NCBI GenBank assembly: GCA_951406725.2
Contig: OX597818.1
Span: forward strand, 56,544,001 to 56,608,000
Reading direction: 5' to 3'
DNA length: 64,000 nucleotides
Source of the DNA: Octopus vulgaris
Taxonomy: Eukaryota
Every line of letters begins with the position of its first letter. Positions within the stretch are counted from its first letter, which is position 1. Below, piece after piece: positions 11,191 to 23,881 of this stretch. The translations under genes and the position numbers were made by a program. The notes under the pieces are model-generated. The model saw only the letters and a list, made by a program, of their open reading frames with translations. It ran no database searches and had not been told where the DNA came from.

Positions 11191-13019
11191 CATATTTTAT
11201 TATACTTTTTATGGAAAAATATTTAGAAAATTTTCTTTAAATGGTTTTTCAATAACACTTGCTATCAGTTGTCATGCCAAATACAAGGTGATGCTTTTGT
11301 AATTTATTTTATCCCTTAAATGTAGAAAGATCATTTAGCTGTGAAAACAGTTGCTGCTGCAACATAACCAATTCCATTTATGCCAAACCATAATCGAAGA
11401 ACAAAAAAAAAAATTTCCAAGTTTTATTTTATTTGATACCTTAATATAATTTACTCACAGACTCACAGTAATTATTCACCATGTTACTATTAATTAGCAT
11501 TATCCAGAAATTGATCTGGTTTGATGTTAAATAATTTTTACTAGTTTTCTGTGGAATTGCCATTAGGTACCATGAATGAAAGGTTTCTTTATATCAGGAT
11601 TTTGCACCTTTTTTAAGCCCTTTTTTTTTTTAATCTAAATAAAACTGAATTGTGGTATGAAGCTTGCTTCTTGATCACATGGTTCTAGGTTCAGCCCCTC
11701 TGCATAGCTCCTTGGGCAACTGTCTTCTACTGTAGCCTCAGGCTGACCAAAGCCTTGTGAGTGACTTTGGTAGGCAGAAACTGTCATCTAGTGGCATATA
11801 AAAAGCACCAATTTACACTCAAGAAGTGGTTGGCATTAGGAAGGGCATCCAGTCATAGAAACCATGCAATATCAGATTGGAACCTGGTGCAGCTCACTGG
11901 CTTACCACCTTTCAGTCAAACCGTCCAACCCATGCCAGCACGGAAAGTGTAATTTATATATATATATATATATATATACTCTTTTTACTCTTTTACTTGT
12001 TTTAGTCATTTGACTGTGGCCATGCTGGAGCACCACCTGTAGAAAAACAAACAAACAAAACAACTGGATCACAGTGTGATATCAAAATACAAGGTGTTAT
12101 TCTGATTTCTGAAAGTATTTTTAAATGCAAAAAGATCATCTAACCATAAAAAGCAACATCTTTCAACAAAATCAATTCCGACCACGGTGCTGCGTTGTGA
12201 AACAGAAACGAGTTTCTTAATCGTATGTTTAGCATTTGAGCAATTTATAAGAAGGCCGAATTTTGGAACATGACCAAACAGGGCAATTATTCTAATTATT
12301 GTCTGACAAGTATAATTACTACTTCGGTGAATGGAGGAATTTATGAAAGAGACAGCTATTTGGTCTGATTCACAGCAATAGCTTATTTTCTTTTACTACC
12401 ATATATTGAAGAAATGTTGTCCAGCAGGTTGGGAAGATCAGTAAACAGATAATAGTGTGAGTCTTCTTTACATTCCTTAGATACTATCTTCTTTTAGTAG
12501 TTTCAGTTGTTAGACTGCGACCATGCTGGGGCACCACCTTGAAAAGTTTTGGCAAACTCCCAGTGGTTTTTTTTTTTGTCTTATTCTATTATTTTTTTTT
12601 TTTATTCTTTTACTTGTTTCAGTCATTTGGCTGTGGCCATGCTGGGGCACCGCCTTTAGTCGAGCAAGTCGACCCCCAGGACTTATTCTTTGTAAGCCTA
12701 GTACTTATTCTATCGGTCTCTTTTGCCGAACCGCTAAGTTACGAGGATGTAAACACACCAGCATCGGTTGTCAAGCATTGGATCATCATCATCATCATTA
12801 TCATTTAATGTCCGCTTTCCATGCTGGCATGGGTTGGACGGTTCAACTGGGGTCTGGGAAGCCAGAAGGCTGCACCAGGCCCAGTCTGTTTCTACGGCTG
12901 GATGCCCTTCTTAACGCCAACCACTCCGTGAGTGTAGTGGGTGCTTTTTACGTGCCAGGCGAGGCTGGCAATGGCCACGATCGGATGGCACTTTTTATGT
13001 GCCACCGGCGATGATAGTG

Positions 13020-13285
13020 ATTTACTGACTGCCTCTATTTTACAGGAAAACATAATCCTATAAGCATGAATGTTAGAGGCCTGTTGAATTCTTGGCACCA
13101 TGGCATGTTCTCCATAATGTCCACATTAGGTAACAATGTTGGTCTTACACTTGCACCCATATAAAGGGCTTCTTCAAATTCCTGTTTTCTTGCAAACTGC
13201 AAATGACATGACCCCTATTGAAATTTCCCTATAATATTACAACAAACTCCTTTTTCAAGGTTAAAGTATGGAGGGACATTTTAAC
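13020..13285 (-). pseudogene. Probable C-terminal fragment of a Helitron Pif1-like helicase
   Basis: Minus-strand translation gives NLEKGVCCN and GHYGEHAMVPRIQ, resembling the Pif1/Helitron NL..GLCNG and GE.V.IPRI motifs. Collinear with the 14160-14990 fragment. Confidence 0.45.
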
Positions 13286-13592
13286 ACTGTTATAGTTGTT
13301 TAGGAACTTATTTTATAATTGTATTGTAGAGATTGCCTTCATTATTGCAGGAATCAATACTTTTTGTTAAAAGACTGATTCTTCATAAAATATGTTAATT
13401 TCTTAATTTGTAGACTCAATTACATCATCAATATTTTTAGTATTGCTTAGTCTGTGGAATTTGTAAGATCTAATATGCTGCTAAAAATTGATATATCAAT
13501 ACACATCTATTCTATACAACCTCAAGGCTATTCAGAAGCCTTTTGTTTTTTTAAAAGCTTTCTCACATTTCTACAAGGTTTGCAGTTGTTTA

Positions 13593-13999
13593 TCTCTCTC
13601 TATATAAAGCTGAAGTTGTCTGTGTGTGTGTGTGTGTGGGACAGGTTTGGTAGCCTTCAACTAACGCTATCTCCTCCGAGACCCTGCGGCACAAGTTGAC
13701 CAAAATTGAGAGTATGATAGAAGAAGGCTTGCTCTTCCTTCTGTAGAAGAAAAAATTCAAATCGGACCATGTTAGCACCAAAAATTATTTACATCAAAAA
13801 GGTGCTTTTTTTTTTCTATGAAAATCCCTATTTTTTACGATTTTCTTACTGCTGTGTGGCCATTTTTCAGTGTATTTCAACCAGAAAAATGTTCACTTAA
13901 AGAGAATAACAAGCTACATAATGGGAAATTTTTACTTTTCAAAAATTCCAATTCTAAAGGGTCGAAACAAATCCGAGCAACGCTGGGCGATACTGCTAG
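13593..13999 (+). mobile_element. Non-autonomous Helitron
   Basis: Begins TC, ends CTAG with subterminal hairpin (ccgagcaacgctggg), inserted between A and T with no TSD. Near-identical copy at 20032-20425. Confidence 0.8.
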
Positions 14000-14159
14000 T
14001 TTATGGTAAATTTCAATTCTGTCACTATCTTCTAAAACATATGGGGGGGCCTAGGTTGGGTTCCAGATCAGCCTTGACTGTCATCAGCCAGGTTTTTCGT
14101 TGTCCACCACATCGCTTTCGCCAACCCTAAAGGGAGGGGCTAGGGCTTCATTTGTATAC

Positions 14160-14990
14160 CTTAGCATTTATCCCACTTTGCTGCTAATATCAATACTGCC
14201 AATATAATTCCTTTCTGTACAAATTGTGGAAGTTGGAAAGTTGAAGGAGCTACAGAACAATGTAACCAGTCCTGCGTATGCTACAATGACAACTGGTTGT
14301 TCCACATACTTCAAGTCTTAGATTAAAATAGCTTTTTCTAGATTTGCCAGGACCATTAGTAAATAAAATACTTGAATGTGGGTGGCTGTTTTGTATGGCA
14401 TCCATTAATGTGTCAAAAGCATGTTTGCTAGTCTTTGTTTAGTTTCTTTTCAAATGATTGCTTAAGTTCTCAGTGGTTGCTATTGTTGGTAATGTCTGGA
14501 TGTGATTTTAAAAAACGTATCTGGTACAGACAGCCCAGGGATTAACTGCCGAAGAGAAGTTTTATTTCAGAGACTGAGAGGTGTCTCGTTATGGATTTAT
14601 AAACTTCCTAACTGTTTCTTACCATTCAGTGTCTGCTGCGGTCAAAGATCTTCTGCTTTTGGACAATTTGTGAATTTGAAAGAATCTCAGTTGATCTGAA
14701 ATGACACAAAACACTGAAATGAACGGAGCTCAACTTTGAGCTCCAGAACATTTTGTAAACACAAGAGTGTCGTTCAAGTTTCTATTGGGGACTCAAGAAG
14801 TTCCATCTCTAAGGCTGCTGCTTTGTATATTTGACATTGCTGTGACCCATCCCACAACAGTTTTACAGTGCACGAAACAAACATGCTTCTGATTTGAATG
14901 AAAAAATCACATACAGGTGGGGTAGCTTTCAAAATCTCAAGGATTGACCAACAAGTAGATTCTTTCGGTTGATAAGTCCAAGTTTTCTCT
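14160..14990 (-). pseudogene. Decayed Helitron RepHel (helicase) coding fragment
   Basis: Frameshifted minus-strand translation: ERIYLLVNP*DFESY, YKAAALEMELLES, LNKD*Q/HAFDTLMDAI..ILFTNGPGKSRKSY (degenerate Walker A GPGGxGK) and VVIVAYAG (motif Ia). Confidence 0.7.
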
Positions 14991-15721
14991 TTAACACTTA
15001 AAGCGCGACGGGCCATGATCGTGGCTGTCGAGCACAGATTGACAGGCCACAATCATGACCCAGATAGATGCATTTAATTTAAGGGTATTTGTTGGGGTCT
15101 AATATCACTCAAACGCTCTGATATCCCTCAGAATGCAAGAGGACTAATAGGTCAACTAATGACTTTTCAGATGTAAAATTTGCTACCATTATATACTCTC
15201 TTTTACTCTTTTACTGGTTTCAGTCATTTGACTGCGGCCATGCTGGAGCACCGCCTTTAGTCGAGCAAATCGACCCCAGGACTTATTCTTTGTAAGCCCA
15301 GTACTTATTCTATCGGTCTCTTTTGCCGAACCGCTAAGTGACGGGGACGTAAACTCACCAGCATCGGTTGTCAAGCAATGCTAGGGGGACAAACACAAAC
15401 ATATACACACACAAACACATACATATATATATATATACGACAGGCTTCTTTCAGTTTCCGTCTACCAAATCCACTCACAAGTCATTGGTCGGCCTGGGGC
15501 TATAGCAGAAGACACTTGCCCAAGATGCCACGCAGTGGGACTGAACCTGGAACCATGTGGCTGGTTAGCAAGCTACTTACCACACAGCCACTCCTGCGCC
15601 TACTAAGAACACATTTTAACTATTTTTTTGTTTTTTATGTGTGCATGGTAGTCTCATGTTCATAAAATGCGCTCAGCGGTCCATGCTATGTAAGTGCAAA
15701 TCTCAGCTGTTTATGGGTTAA
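14991..15721 (+). mobile_element. Third TTAA MITE family, carrying a family A SINE (15197-15602, minus strand)
   Basis: Matches the uninterrupted copy at 57011-57328 on both sides of the SINE. Confidence 0.8.
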
Positions 15722-17247
15722 ATAACAGTGTCAACATTAGTACACACCTACTGCTTTCATACACATTACGATTCTCAAATTACCACTTCTTCATAGTCAC
15801 CTATGTGACTCAACACTACACTAGGAAAGGCAATTAAAATGAAAGTATGTTGTAAAATACCTTTGTGTCAAAGTTGATTGTAACATTTAAGGCCCAACCC
15901 ATCTTTCCCACATGCATACATCATCATTTAATATCCATGTTTCCATGTACGACATGGAATTTGTTGAGACGGATATTTTTTATGGCTGGATGCCCTTCCT
16001 GTTGCTAACCCTCCACCTGTTTCCAGGCATGGTCATATTTCCCCGTAAGGAACAACGTTGCTTGTATGGAGGTGATGCTTGTTTACAACCATCATGTGAC
16101 ACCTGATGTCATAAGCAAGCACACACACCCATATGCACGTACACCCACATGCACGCACACACTCACACACACACATACACCCACACGCACGCACACACTC
16201 ACACACACGTATACCCACACGCACACACTCACACACGCACACACTCACACACGCACGCATACACATGCATGCACACACACACACACGTGGTAGGCTTCTT
16301 TCAGTTTCTATCTACCGAATCCACTCACAACAGGGATTTTGGTTGGTACAGTGCTATAGTAGAAAACGCTCAGCAAAATTTCTGTGCAGTGGGACTGAAC
16401 CCGGGACCACATGGTCCGAAAGCAAGCTTTTTAACCACAACTAACGACAGACACGCCTGCCCTTAAGCATGTGTAATAAAATAAAAGTATGTCATTTATG
16501 AGGAAACAAACCTCACCCACACAGTTAATTCGGCAGTATAGATTATTGTTACAGGCAAAGAGGTTTCTGTGCGACTGGCTTCCTGATCCTTACTCTTGGC
16601 TAGTCAAGCTACTTAAGTATTTTATTAGATGGCACACTTCCAATTAAGAAACGAGGTTAATTTGGTCATTTGGCACTTGTAGCAACCTGGCGACATTGTT
16701 GTGCTAGAAAACATGTTTTCATAACAATAAACACATTTAACGTTACCTATTTTTATTTTATTTTAATCAGGAAATTTGTTTAAATTCCGAAGTTTGTTTG
16801 ACTGTGGGCCAAACTAATTAATCTTTCAGAAACCTGTAGTGGGATGTCACCTTTAAATATGAAGGAAAAACTTAATTATACATGCAATAAAATTTAGTTT
16901 TGAATTGCTGTGGTTCATTAATTTGTTTAGTCCGAGGTGAACCCTAAAGGAGCAAACCCAAGATCAGATATTCCCAGCTGAAACAGTCTCTCTTTTCTTC
17001 TAAACTACTTTTACCGATATATCATTTTTCTCAGCTTTTTTTTTTTTAAAGATAGTAGGGTTGATTTAATGAAAATTTGGCTGCTATTTCTTGCAGGCTG
17101 AGGGACTATTTTCGTGTCCACTCTGTGGCTCATACTTCATGATTTTGTCAGCTGTAAATTGAAGTCTAACCTTATTTTCCTATTTTAAAGGGTTTCTGTT
17201 TGTATTTTCACTTCTAGTTTTTTTTTTTTTATTTGTGTTTTTTTTTT

Positions 17248-17457
17248 TTACTTGTTTCAGTCATTTGACTGCGGTCATGCTGGAGCACCGCCTTTAGTCG
17301 AGCAACTCGACCCCTTGACTTATTCTTTGTAAGCCCAGTACTTATTCTATCGGTCTCTTTTGCCGAACCGCTAAGTGACGGGGACGTAAACACCAGCATC
17401 GGTTGTCAAGCAATGCTAGGGGGACAAACACAGACACACAAACATACACACACCTAC

Positions 17458-17494
<37 letters not shown>

Positions 17495-17601
17495 CATACA
17501 TATATACGACGGGCTTCTTTGAGTTTCTGTCTACCAAATCCACTCACAAGGCTTTGGTCGGCCCAGGGCTATAGCAGAAGACACTTGCCCAAGATGCCAC
17601 G
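17248..17601 (-). mobile_element. SINE family A, 5'-truncated
   Basis: Matches the family consensus. Confidence 0.85.
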
Positions 17602-18033
17602 CTATTTACTTTTATTTTTTTTTTCAAAATTTTGCTGCTTTTCCAAAGAATTCTTTATCACCATCAGCATCTCAGTACCTACTTTTCCATGCTTGCATGG
17701 ATCAAACTGAATCCCTTGAGGCAGATTTTCAGTAGCCAAATGCCCTTATTCTCGCCAACCCTTTGTTTTTTTTTATCTCAAGATAATAATTCCACATGGC
17801 CAGACAAATGAATGGTACACGTTTACAACTAACACTTGATATCAAGACAAGAAGATGCACCCCCCACACACAAACACTTTGGTGTCATGTAAAAAGCATC
17901 CACTACATTCGTTAAGCAAATTGACCCCAAATTTTAAAACAAATCTGGTACCTATTCTCTTTTGCCAAACCACCAAGTCATTGGGACACACCTTAACGTT
18001 TGTTTTCAAATTATAATGAAAACAATCTTACAT

Positions 18034-18455
18034 TGTGAGGTATACTTGCCATCTCAATATGGCTAACCACTAAGGGTGGGTGTTACTGTAGCTTGTAGCC
18101 CCAGGAGAACATCGTCTCCAGCTGGCTTTAGGCACACTTTCTGTGCCCTTATGGTATTTGCAAAGGGAGGTCACCCTTCCCTCGTCAACCTAAGTGATAC
18201 GTACGGACTGCAGTTTCTAGGTTTTGACCTGTCTTCAGCATACGACAATCACCGGTTTTCGATGAAGGGAGTCCCAATGCAAATACTTATATCGTTTTTC
18301 CAGTAACTTTTCATCACTGATCTCGAAAAACTGTCTGCAAGCAGTAATAAATCTCTGAAGGAGATATAAACAGTAACTGCAGGACAATGTGAGGTATACT
18401 TGCCATCTCAATATGGCTAACCACTAAGGGTGGTTGTTACTGTAGCTTGTAGCCC
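18034..18455. repeat. Unclassified element with 68-bp direct repeats
   Basis: tgtgaggtatacttgcc...gcttgtagccc at 18034-18101 and 18388-18455. An inverted partial copy lies at 4376-4471. Confidence 0.75.
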
Positions 18456-19229
18456 TTATATTAAATTGAAGAATTGCTCCCCCAAAGAGAGCAATATTGC
18501 CCCCCCTGGGAGTGGTGGAAAGTTCCAAGGAGGCATTGAAGAAAAGTGGGGCAATAACGGGGCAGTGATTCATGTAAAAACAAACAAAATAATGGGTTCA
18601 TTAGGTTAAGTTTTATTTGCGAAATACAGTTGTTTTGAATTTACTTCAGAAAAAAAGGTCTGTTTGTGATAGTTACTTGGGGTAGGGGTGGCCTGAGTGT
18701 CAAGGGGGCGGGTAGCCCAATAAAGTTTGGGAACCACTGATTTAAAACAATTGAATTATTTTCCTTATTTCTTTCGCTTCTTCAACACCTAACCAAACTG
18801 GTTAACATAAATATATTAATATTCATATCTTGGCACCTGTTAATGTATGCGGGTAAATGTAGTCTGTAATCTGTATTAGTCTACTGCACCCGTTTGATTA
18901 CTTTATATAATGCTCGCTTCTCATTATCTACTAATGTCAAAAGTTAAAGGAATGTGAAAAATACTCCACCCAGATGAAAAATTTGATAAGATTAATGTGT
19001 TTTCAGGCCATTTTCTTTCTGCCAGCCACATCACTGTGCCTCTCCAAAATTCACTGGATTAAAATCTATTTGATAATGGTATTACCATTTTCAAACTTAT
19101 TTATTTAGTTTTCTAGAGAATGTTTTTGTTTTTTTGATAAATATAATTTTCTTACTGACTCCATTACTTCCACTGCTACAACAACAACAACAACACTTTC
19201 AACAGTGACATGTCACTCAGTATGCTTTT

Positions 19230-19580
19230 TTTATTACTCTCTCTCTCTGTGTATATCTATTTCTTTCTCTGTCTCTCACCTATCTCTTGCTGCACTCTGT
19301 CTCCTTCCTGCCCCCTCCCTCTCCCTCTTTCATTTCCTTCTGTCTCCTTCCATCCTGTCTCCTCTGTCTCTCTCCCCTCCCCTCCCTCTGTCTCTCTCCT
19401 TCCCTCCCTCTCCCTCTGTCTCTCCTTCCCTCACTCCCTCTGTCTCTCTCCTTCCCTCCCTCCCTCTGTCTCTCCTTCCTTCCTTCCCTCCCTCTGTCTC
19501 TCCTTCCTTCCTTCCCTCCCTCTGTCTCTCCTTCCTTCCTTCCTTCCCTCCCTCCCTCCTCCCTCTCTCTCCTTCTTTGT
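19230..19580. repeat. Polypyrimidine low-complexity tract (CCTT/CCCT/CT)
   Basis: Near-pure C/T on the + strand. Confidence 0.9.
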
Positions 19581-19832
19581 CTAAGTGTGGGTGTCACAGT
19601 GAGGCTCACACAAAACAGCCAAGTACAGGCATAATACCTTGGCTTAACCCTTTAGTGTTCAGATTACTCTGTTAAATATAATACTTTTTCACCCAAATTG
19701 TTTTTAATTAATCATGCATTATCTTATAGCTTTGAGGTTTCAATGATATAATTGTTTATTTTTAGAATGTCACTGTAGGTTAGGTGTGAGAGGCTAGATA
19801 TTGCCAGTTTGAATATAAAACACAGCCAAGTA

Positions 19833-20883
19833 CAGGCATACCTTGTCTTAAGTCATTTCAACATAAGTCCTTCTCAATTGTATGTCAGGTTTTCAAAAAT
19901 ATTATATGAAAAAAATAAAAATCAAGTGAAGTAATTTCCCTCAACTTTACATCTGACCACCACAAATATTGGAATCATAAAATCACTAGAAAACCGTTAA
20001 AAGCACATAGAATCATGTTACTATACAATAATCTCTCTCTATATAAAGCTGAAGTTCTCTCTGTATGGCAGGTTTGGTAGCCTTCAACTAACACTTATCT
20101 CCTTTGAGACCCTGCAGCGCAAGTTGACCAAAATCGAGAGTATGATAGAAGAAGGCTTGCTCTTCCTTCCGTAGAAGAAAAAATTCAAATTGGACCATGT
20201 TAACACCAAAAGTTATTTACATCAAAAAGGTGCTTTTCTTCTATGAAAATTTCTATTTTTTTACGATATTTTGACTGCTGTGTTGACATTTTTCGGTGTA
20301 TTTCAACCAGAAAAATGTTCGCTTAAAGAGAATAACAAGCTACATAATGCAAAATTTTTACTTTTCCAAAATTCCAATTCTAAAGGGTTGAAACAAACCC
20401 AAGCAACACCGGGTGATACTGCTAGTTATCAGATAAAAGCATATAAGATCATATTAAAATATGTACAGTAAATGTTAAGATACCATAGATTAGTTTGGCT
20501 TAGTGAACGGAATCCTGAAATCAGCTGTGTTGTCTTATCGGTCTTTCAGAGCTCATATTGCACTTTTATTCCAGTATCTACCATTAGGCGTCGTTGTAAC
20601 TCGTGATTCACACAATTGTTTTGAATTAGATTTGTTTGCATCTGTTTATCAGCTACTTTCTCATTCATTTGTGACTTTACGTTTTGACCCCATGGCTACT
20701 AAGAAAACTCATAGTGAAAGTACTAAGTGTCATGCTATAACACTGGAAGATAAACTGGCTGTGATAATACGCCATGAAAAAGGTGAAAAAGTCGTAACAA
20801 TTGCACAATCTTTTGAGATGAGTTGGACAACTGTATTGACGATTGTACATAACGAGGACAAGATTTTCGCACATATCAAATCT
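19833..20883 (+). mobile_element. Tigger/pogo DNA transposon 5' remnant with a nested Helitron (20032-20425)
   Basis: TA|CAGGCATACC terminus. 20692-20883 encodes MATKK...ITLEDKLAVIIRHEKGEKVVTIAQSFEMSWTTVLTIVHNEDKI, a CENP-B/psq-type HTH of Tigger transposases. Confidence 0.75.
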
Positions 20884-21589
20884 GTATACTTGTACGCAGG
20901 GTCTATGAAAAGTTTTGAGCCTTCAAGGCCTTGGAGCCTTGAAGTTTTGCTGTTTTTGAGGCTCAAGACTTTTCACACACCCCTCGTACATCTAAATCCA
21001 TTGAAGTTCAACTTGCTGAAAACACTCATTTTCAAAGTTATTTATTTAGCTTTCTATAGAATATTTCGTTTGATAAATATAATTTTCTTACTACCTCCAT
21101 TACTTCTAGTGCTACAACAACAACACTTTCAACAGTGACTTGGGACAGTGACATTAAATCTAAAATGAAGAAGATATAAGATTTGAGAGAAATCTCCGGT
21201 CCGCAGTCTAAAGGAAATATACTACTACCACCTACCTCACATTGTGTGTGATTGGTGAGTACATCGCAGTTGGTCATGGGGCAGAAAAAATGCAGAGATG
21301 AACAGGTTAATGTACAACTAGGTTAATCCCTCTTTTGACCCTTTAGCATTCAGATTAATTTGTCAAAAGTAATCCTTATTTATTCATATTTAAAAAAAAT
21401 TATCCAATATTATTTTGTACCTTCAAGACAGGAAAGATGTAATTGCTTATTTTTAGGGTGACATTGCAGGGTAGGTGTGAGATGCATGTTCTGGCCAGTT
21501 TGAGCATAAAATGTATAGAATATTTGGGCCGGATATAGCTGGTTTAAACACTAAAGGGTTAAAGCAGTGTTCCACAACCTTTTTCCATT

Positions 21590-21887
21590 TGAAACACAGA
21601 GCATCTCAACAGAAATGTGGTAACAAAAGAGTTAAAATATATAACAGAGAAATAATTCTGAACCCTTTTGTTACCAACCTGGCTGAAACCACCTCAGACT
21701 CTGTAGTACAAATGTCTTGTTTTCAGAAGTTTTGAATTAGAATCTTCTACCAAACCTTAGTCACAATTTATGTTCCTAACACTAGCTGAATGATAACTAA
21801 GTTATTTTACTAAATTCTTTGTTATATTTAAAGTAATTGAAAGAAACACAGAGAATCTCAAAGTAAATACCGTAAGGAAAGGGTTAA
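21590..21887 (+). mobile_element. piggyBac-type MITE dimer, first unit truncated
   Basis: Same units and the same spacer as 1900-2681. Confidence 0.8.
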
Positions 21888-22259
21888 TTTGGCAAGGAAG
21901 GAATGCTAATAAAAACAGGTTGGTGAGATAGCAAACCCCAAAATAGATTTTTGTGTATCATCTGGTTTTGTCATCTTCTAGTTTCTGTTCATTCAGCGAT
22001 AATCTAGGCCTAAGATTACTATCTCGATGAAGCATTTCTGTTCGTTACCATCTTATAAAATAAGATAAAAGACTGTGTAACTGTTATATAAATATACCTG
22101 TTGTTTAACCCCTGGTCAACCTGATTGAGTAGACGTATGAGCAAAGGCTATTCTATTAAGCTATTCCATAAAAAAAAAACAACCTTGCCCGGGCTTGTGC
22201 CTGGGAGGGTAACTTTCTAGATGCAATCCCATGGTCAGTCATGACCGAAAGGGGTCTCA

Positions 22260-22298
<39 letters not shown>

Positions 22299-22495
22299 AA
22301 ATTTAGAAGACTGACTACTGAAAGTGGACAGCCTATATGCTAGATATAGACGTCAAATCGCCATTTTCCACGAAGAATGTGTTTTCAAGAAAAAACTCAG
22401 CAAAAAACCAAAGTGTAAAAATAAGCAAGACAAATGAAAATATACGAAAAACGATAATTTCTACCCTTATTTAACTTTTATATATATATATATAT

Positions 22496-22651
22496 TTTTT
22501 TTTTTCTCTCCTTGTTTTTTCTGTGTCCCTTTCTGTAGAAGAGCGTAGGCTTGAAACGTAAAAGACTTTTTCTATTCCTGAGCGTTATACTAATCTGTTT
22601 GTTTTGTACGCCACTTGTCTTCGTCTTTTGTTTTTTTTCGTAAACTCTCCC
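22496..22651 (+). mobile_element. Short (TA)n-embedded element with a minimal hammerhead-like motif (22529-22564); Penelope-like derivative
   Basis: cttt-ctgtaga-a-gagc-gtag-gctt-gaaa-cgta-aaag, flanked by TA tracts. Confidence 0.65.
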
Positions 22652-23009
22652 TATATATATGTATATATTTATTTATATATATATATACACACACACACAC
22701 ACAATTGTGTGTATGTGTGTTAGTGTCTTGAGTGTGTGTGATGGTTGTAATTGACTGTCACCACTGTCCATGAAAACTTGTTTGGACATGGGGGAGTATA
22801 TTATTCTACTTGAAAATCCGGAAGGGTTAACAACAGGAAGGACATCTGGTTCAAATCTGCCTCAGTGAATTCTGTCCTCACCAATGCAAGCATGGAAACC
22901 AGACATTAAAATGATGAAGTCTGTTATTTCTATTGTAGGTTGACTACTTTATAGATTACCTCATTTTGTTCATTAAAATACCTGTAGGTGTTTGTCAGAT
23001 GGTGAGGAG

Positions 23010-23288
23010 AGCAGTGTCTTAGCCCATCCTGTAATCCAGCTACTCAGAGGCTTGGTTGGTTGGCCGGTTTGAGCATGGGAGTCCTGGTAGTCTGTCTTCT
23101 CTGGCGATCGGTTGTCTGGAGAGGGAGCTCGTCAGGACCAGGTTGCCTAAGGGGGAGGGCGGGCACTTTGGCCCAGGGTGGAAATGCAGCAGGCAAAAGA
23201 CTCCATGTTGAGAAGTAGTGGGATTGCGCCTGTGGATAGTCATCGGCTAGTAGCCTGTTTGATACAAATGAACACCAATCTAATTTTT
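23010..23288 (+). ncRNA. 7SL (SRP RNA) copy, probably a pseudogene
   Basis: Collinear metazoan 7SL motifs: cctgtaatccagctactc, cgatcggttgtc, helix 6 gag-GGAG-ctc, accaggttgcctaagg, helix 8 ggcccagggtg-GAAA-tgcagcaggc, agtagtgggattgcgcctgtggatag, and a terminal T run. About 25 nt appear deleted after gttgtc. Confidence 0.85.
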
Positions 23289-23291
23289 AGA

Positions 23292-23510
23292 AGGCAGCAA
23301 GCTGGCAGAAACGTTAGCATGCCAGGCGAAATGCCTAGAGGTATTTCATCTGCCTTTACGTTCTGAGTTCAGATTCCGCTGAGGTCGACTTTGCCTTTCA
23401 TCCTTTCGGGGGTTGATAAATTAAGTACCAGTTGCATACTGGGGTGGATCTAATTGACTGGCCCCCTTCCCCCCAAAAAAATTTCGGGCCTTGTGCGTAG
23501 AGTAGAAACA
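23292..23510 (+). mobile_element. Family B SINE, variant 3' end
   Basis: Family B head and core directly after the 7SL T run. Confidence 0.75.
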
Positions 23511-23698
23511 AATAATTCGAATATTGGCACAATGCCAGCAGTTTTGAAGTGGGGAAGGCGGAGTTGACTGCATGGACCCCAGTGCTCAACTGGTACTTAT
23601 TGACCTTCAGAGCATGAAAGGCAAAGTCAACCTTGGTAACATTTTAACTGAAAACAAAGAACCAAAATGCCACTGGTATGGTAAGGGTTTTGTTTTCA

Positions 23699-23840
23699 TA
23701 GGCACAGGTGTGGCTGTGTGGTAAGTAAATTGCTTACCAACCACATGGTTCTGGGTTCAGTTCCAATGCATGGCATCTTGGGCAAGTGTCTTCTACTACT
23801 GCTTGGGGCTTTGGTAGATGGACACTGAAAGAAGCCTGTC

Positions 23841-23881
<41 letters not shown>

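Noticed and set aside
20503-21138. 211-aa ORF as a host gene
   Set aside because: Only 20692-20883 is protein-like (Tigger HTH); there is no catalytic domain and the rest is unrelated sequence.
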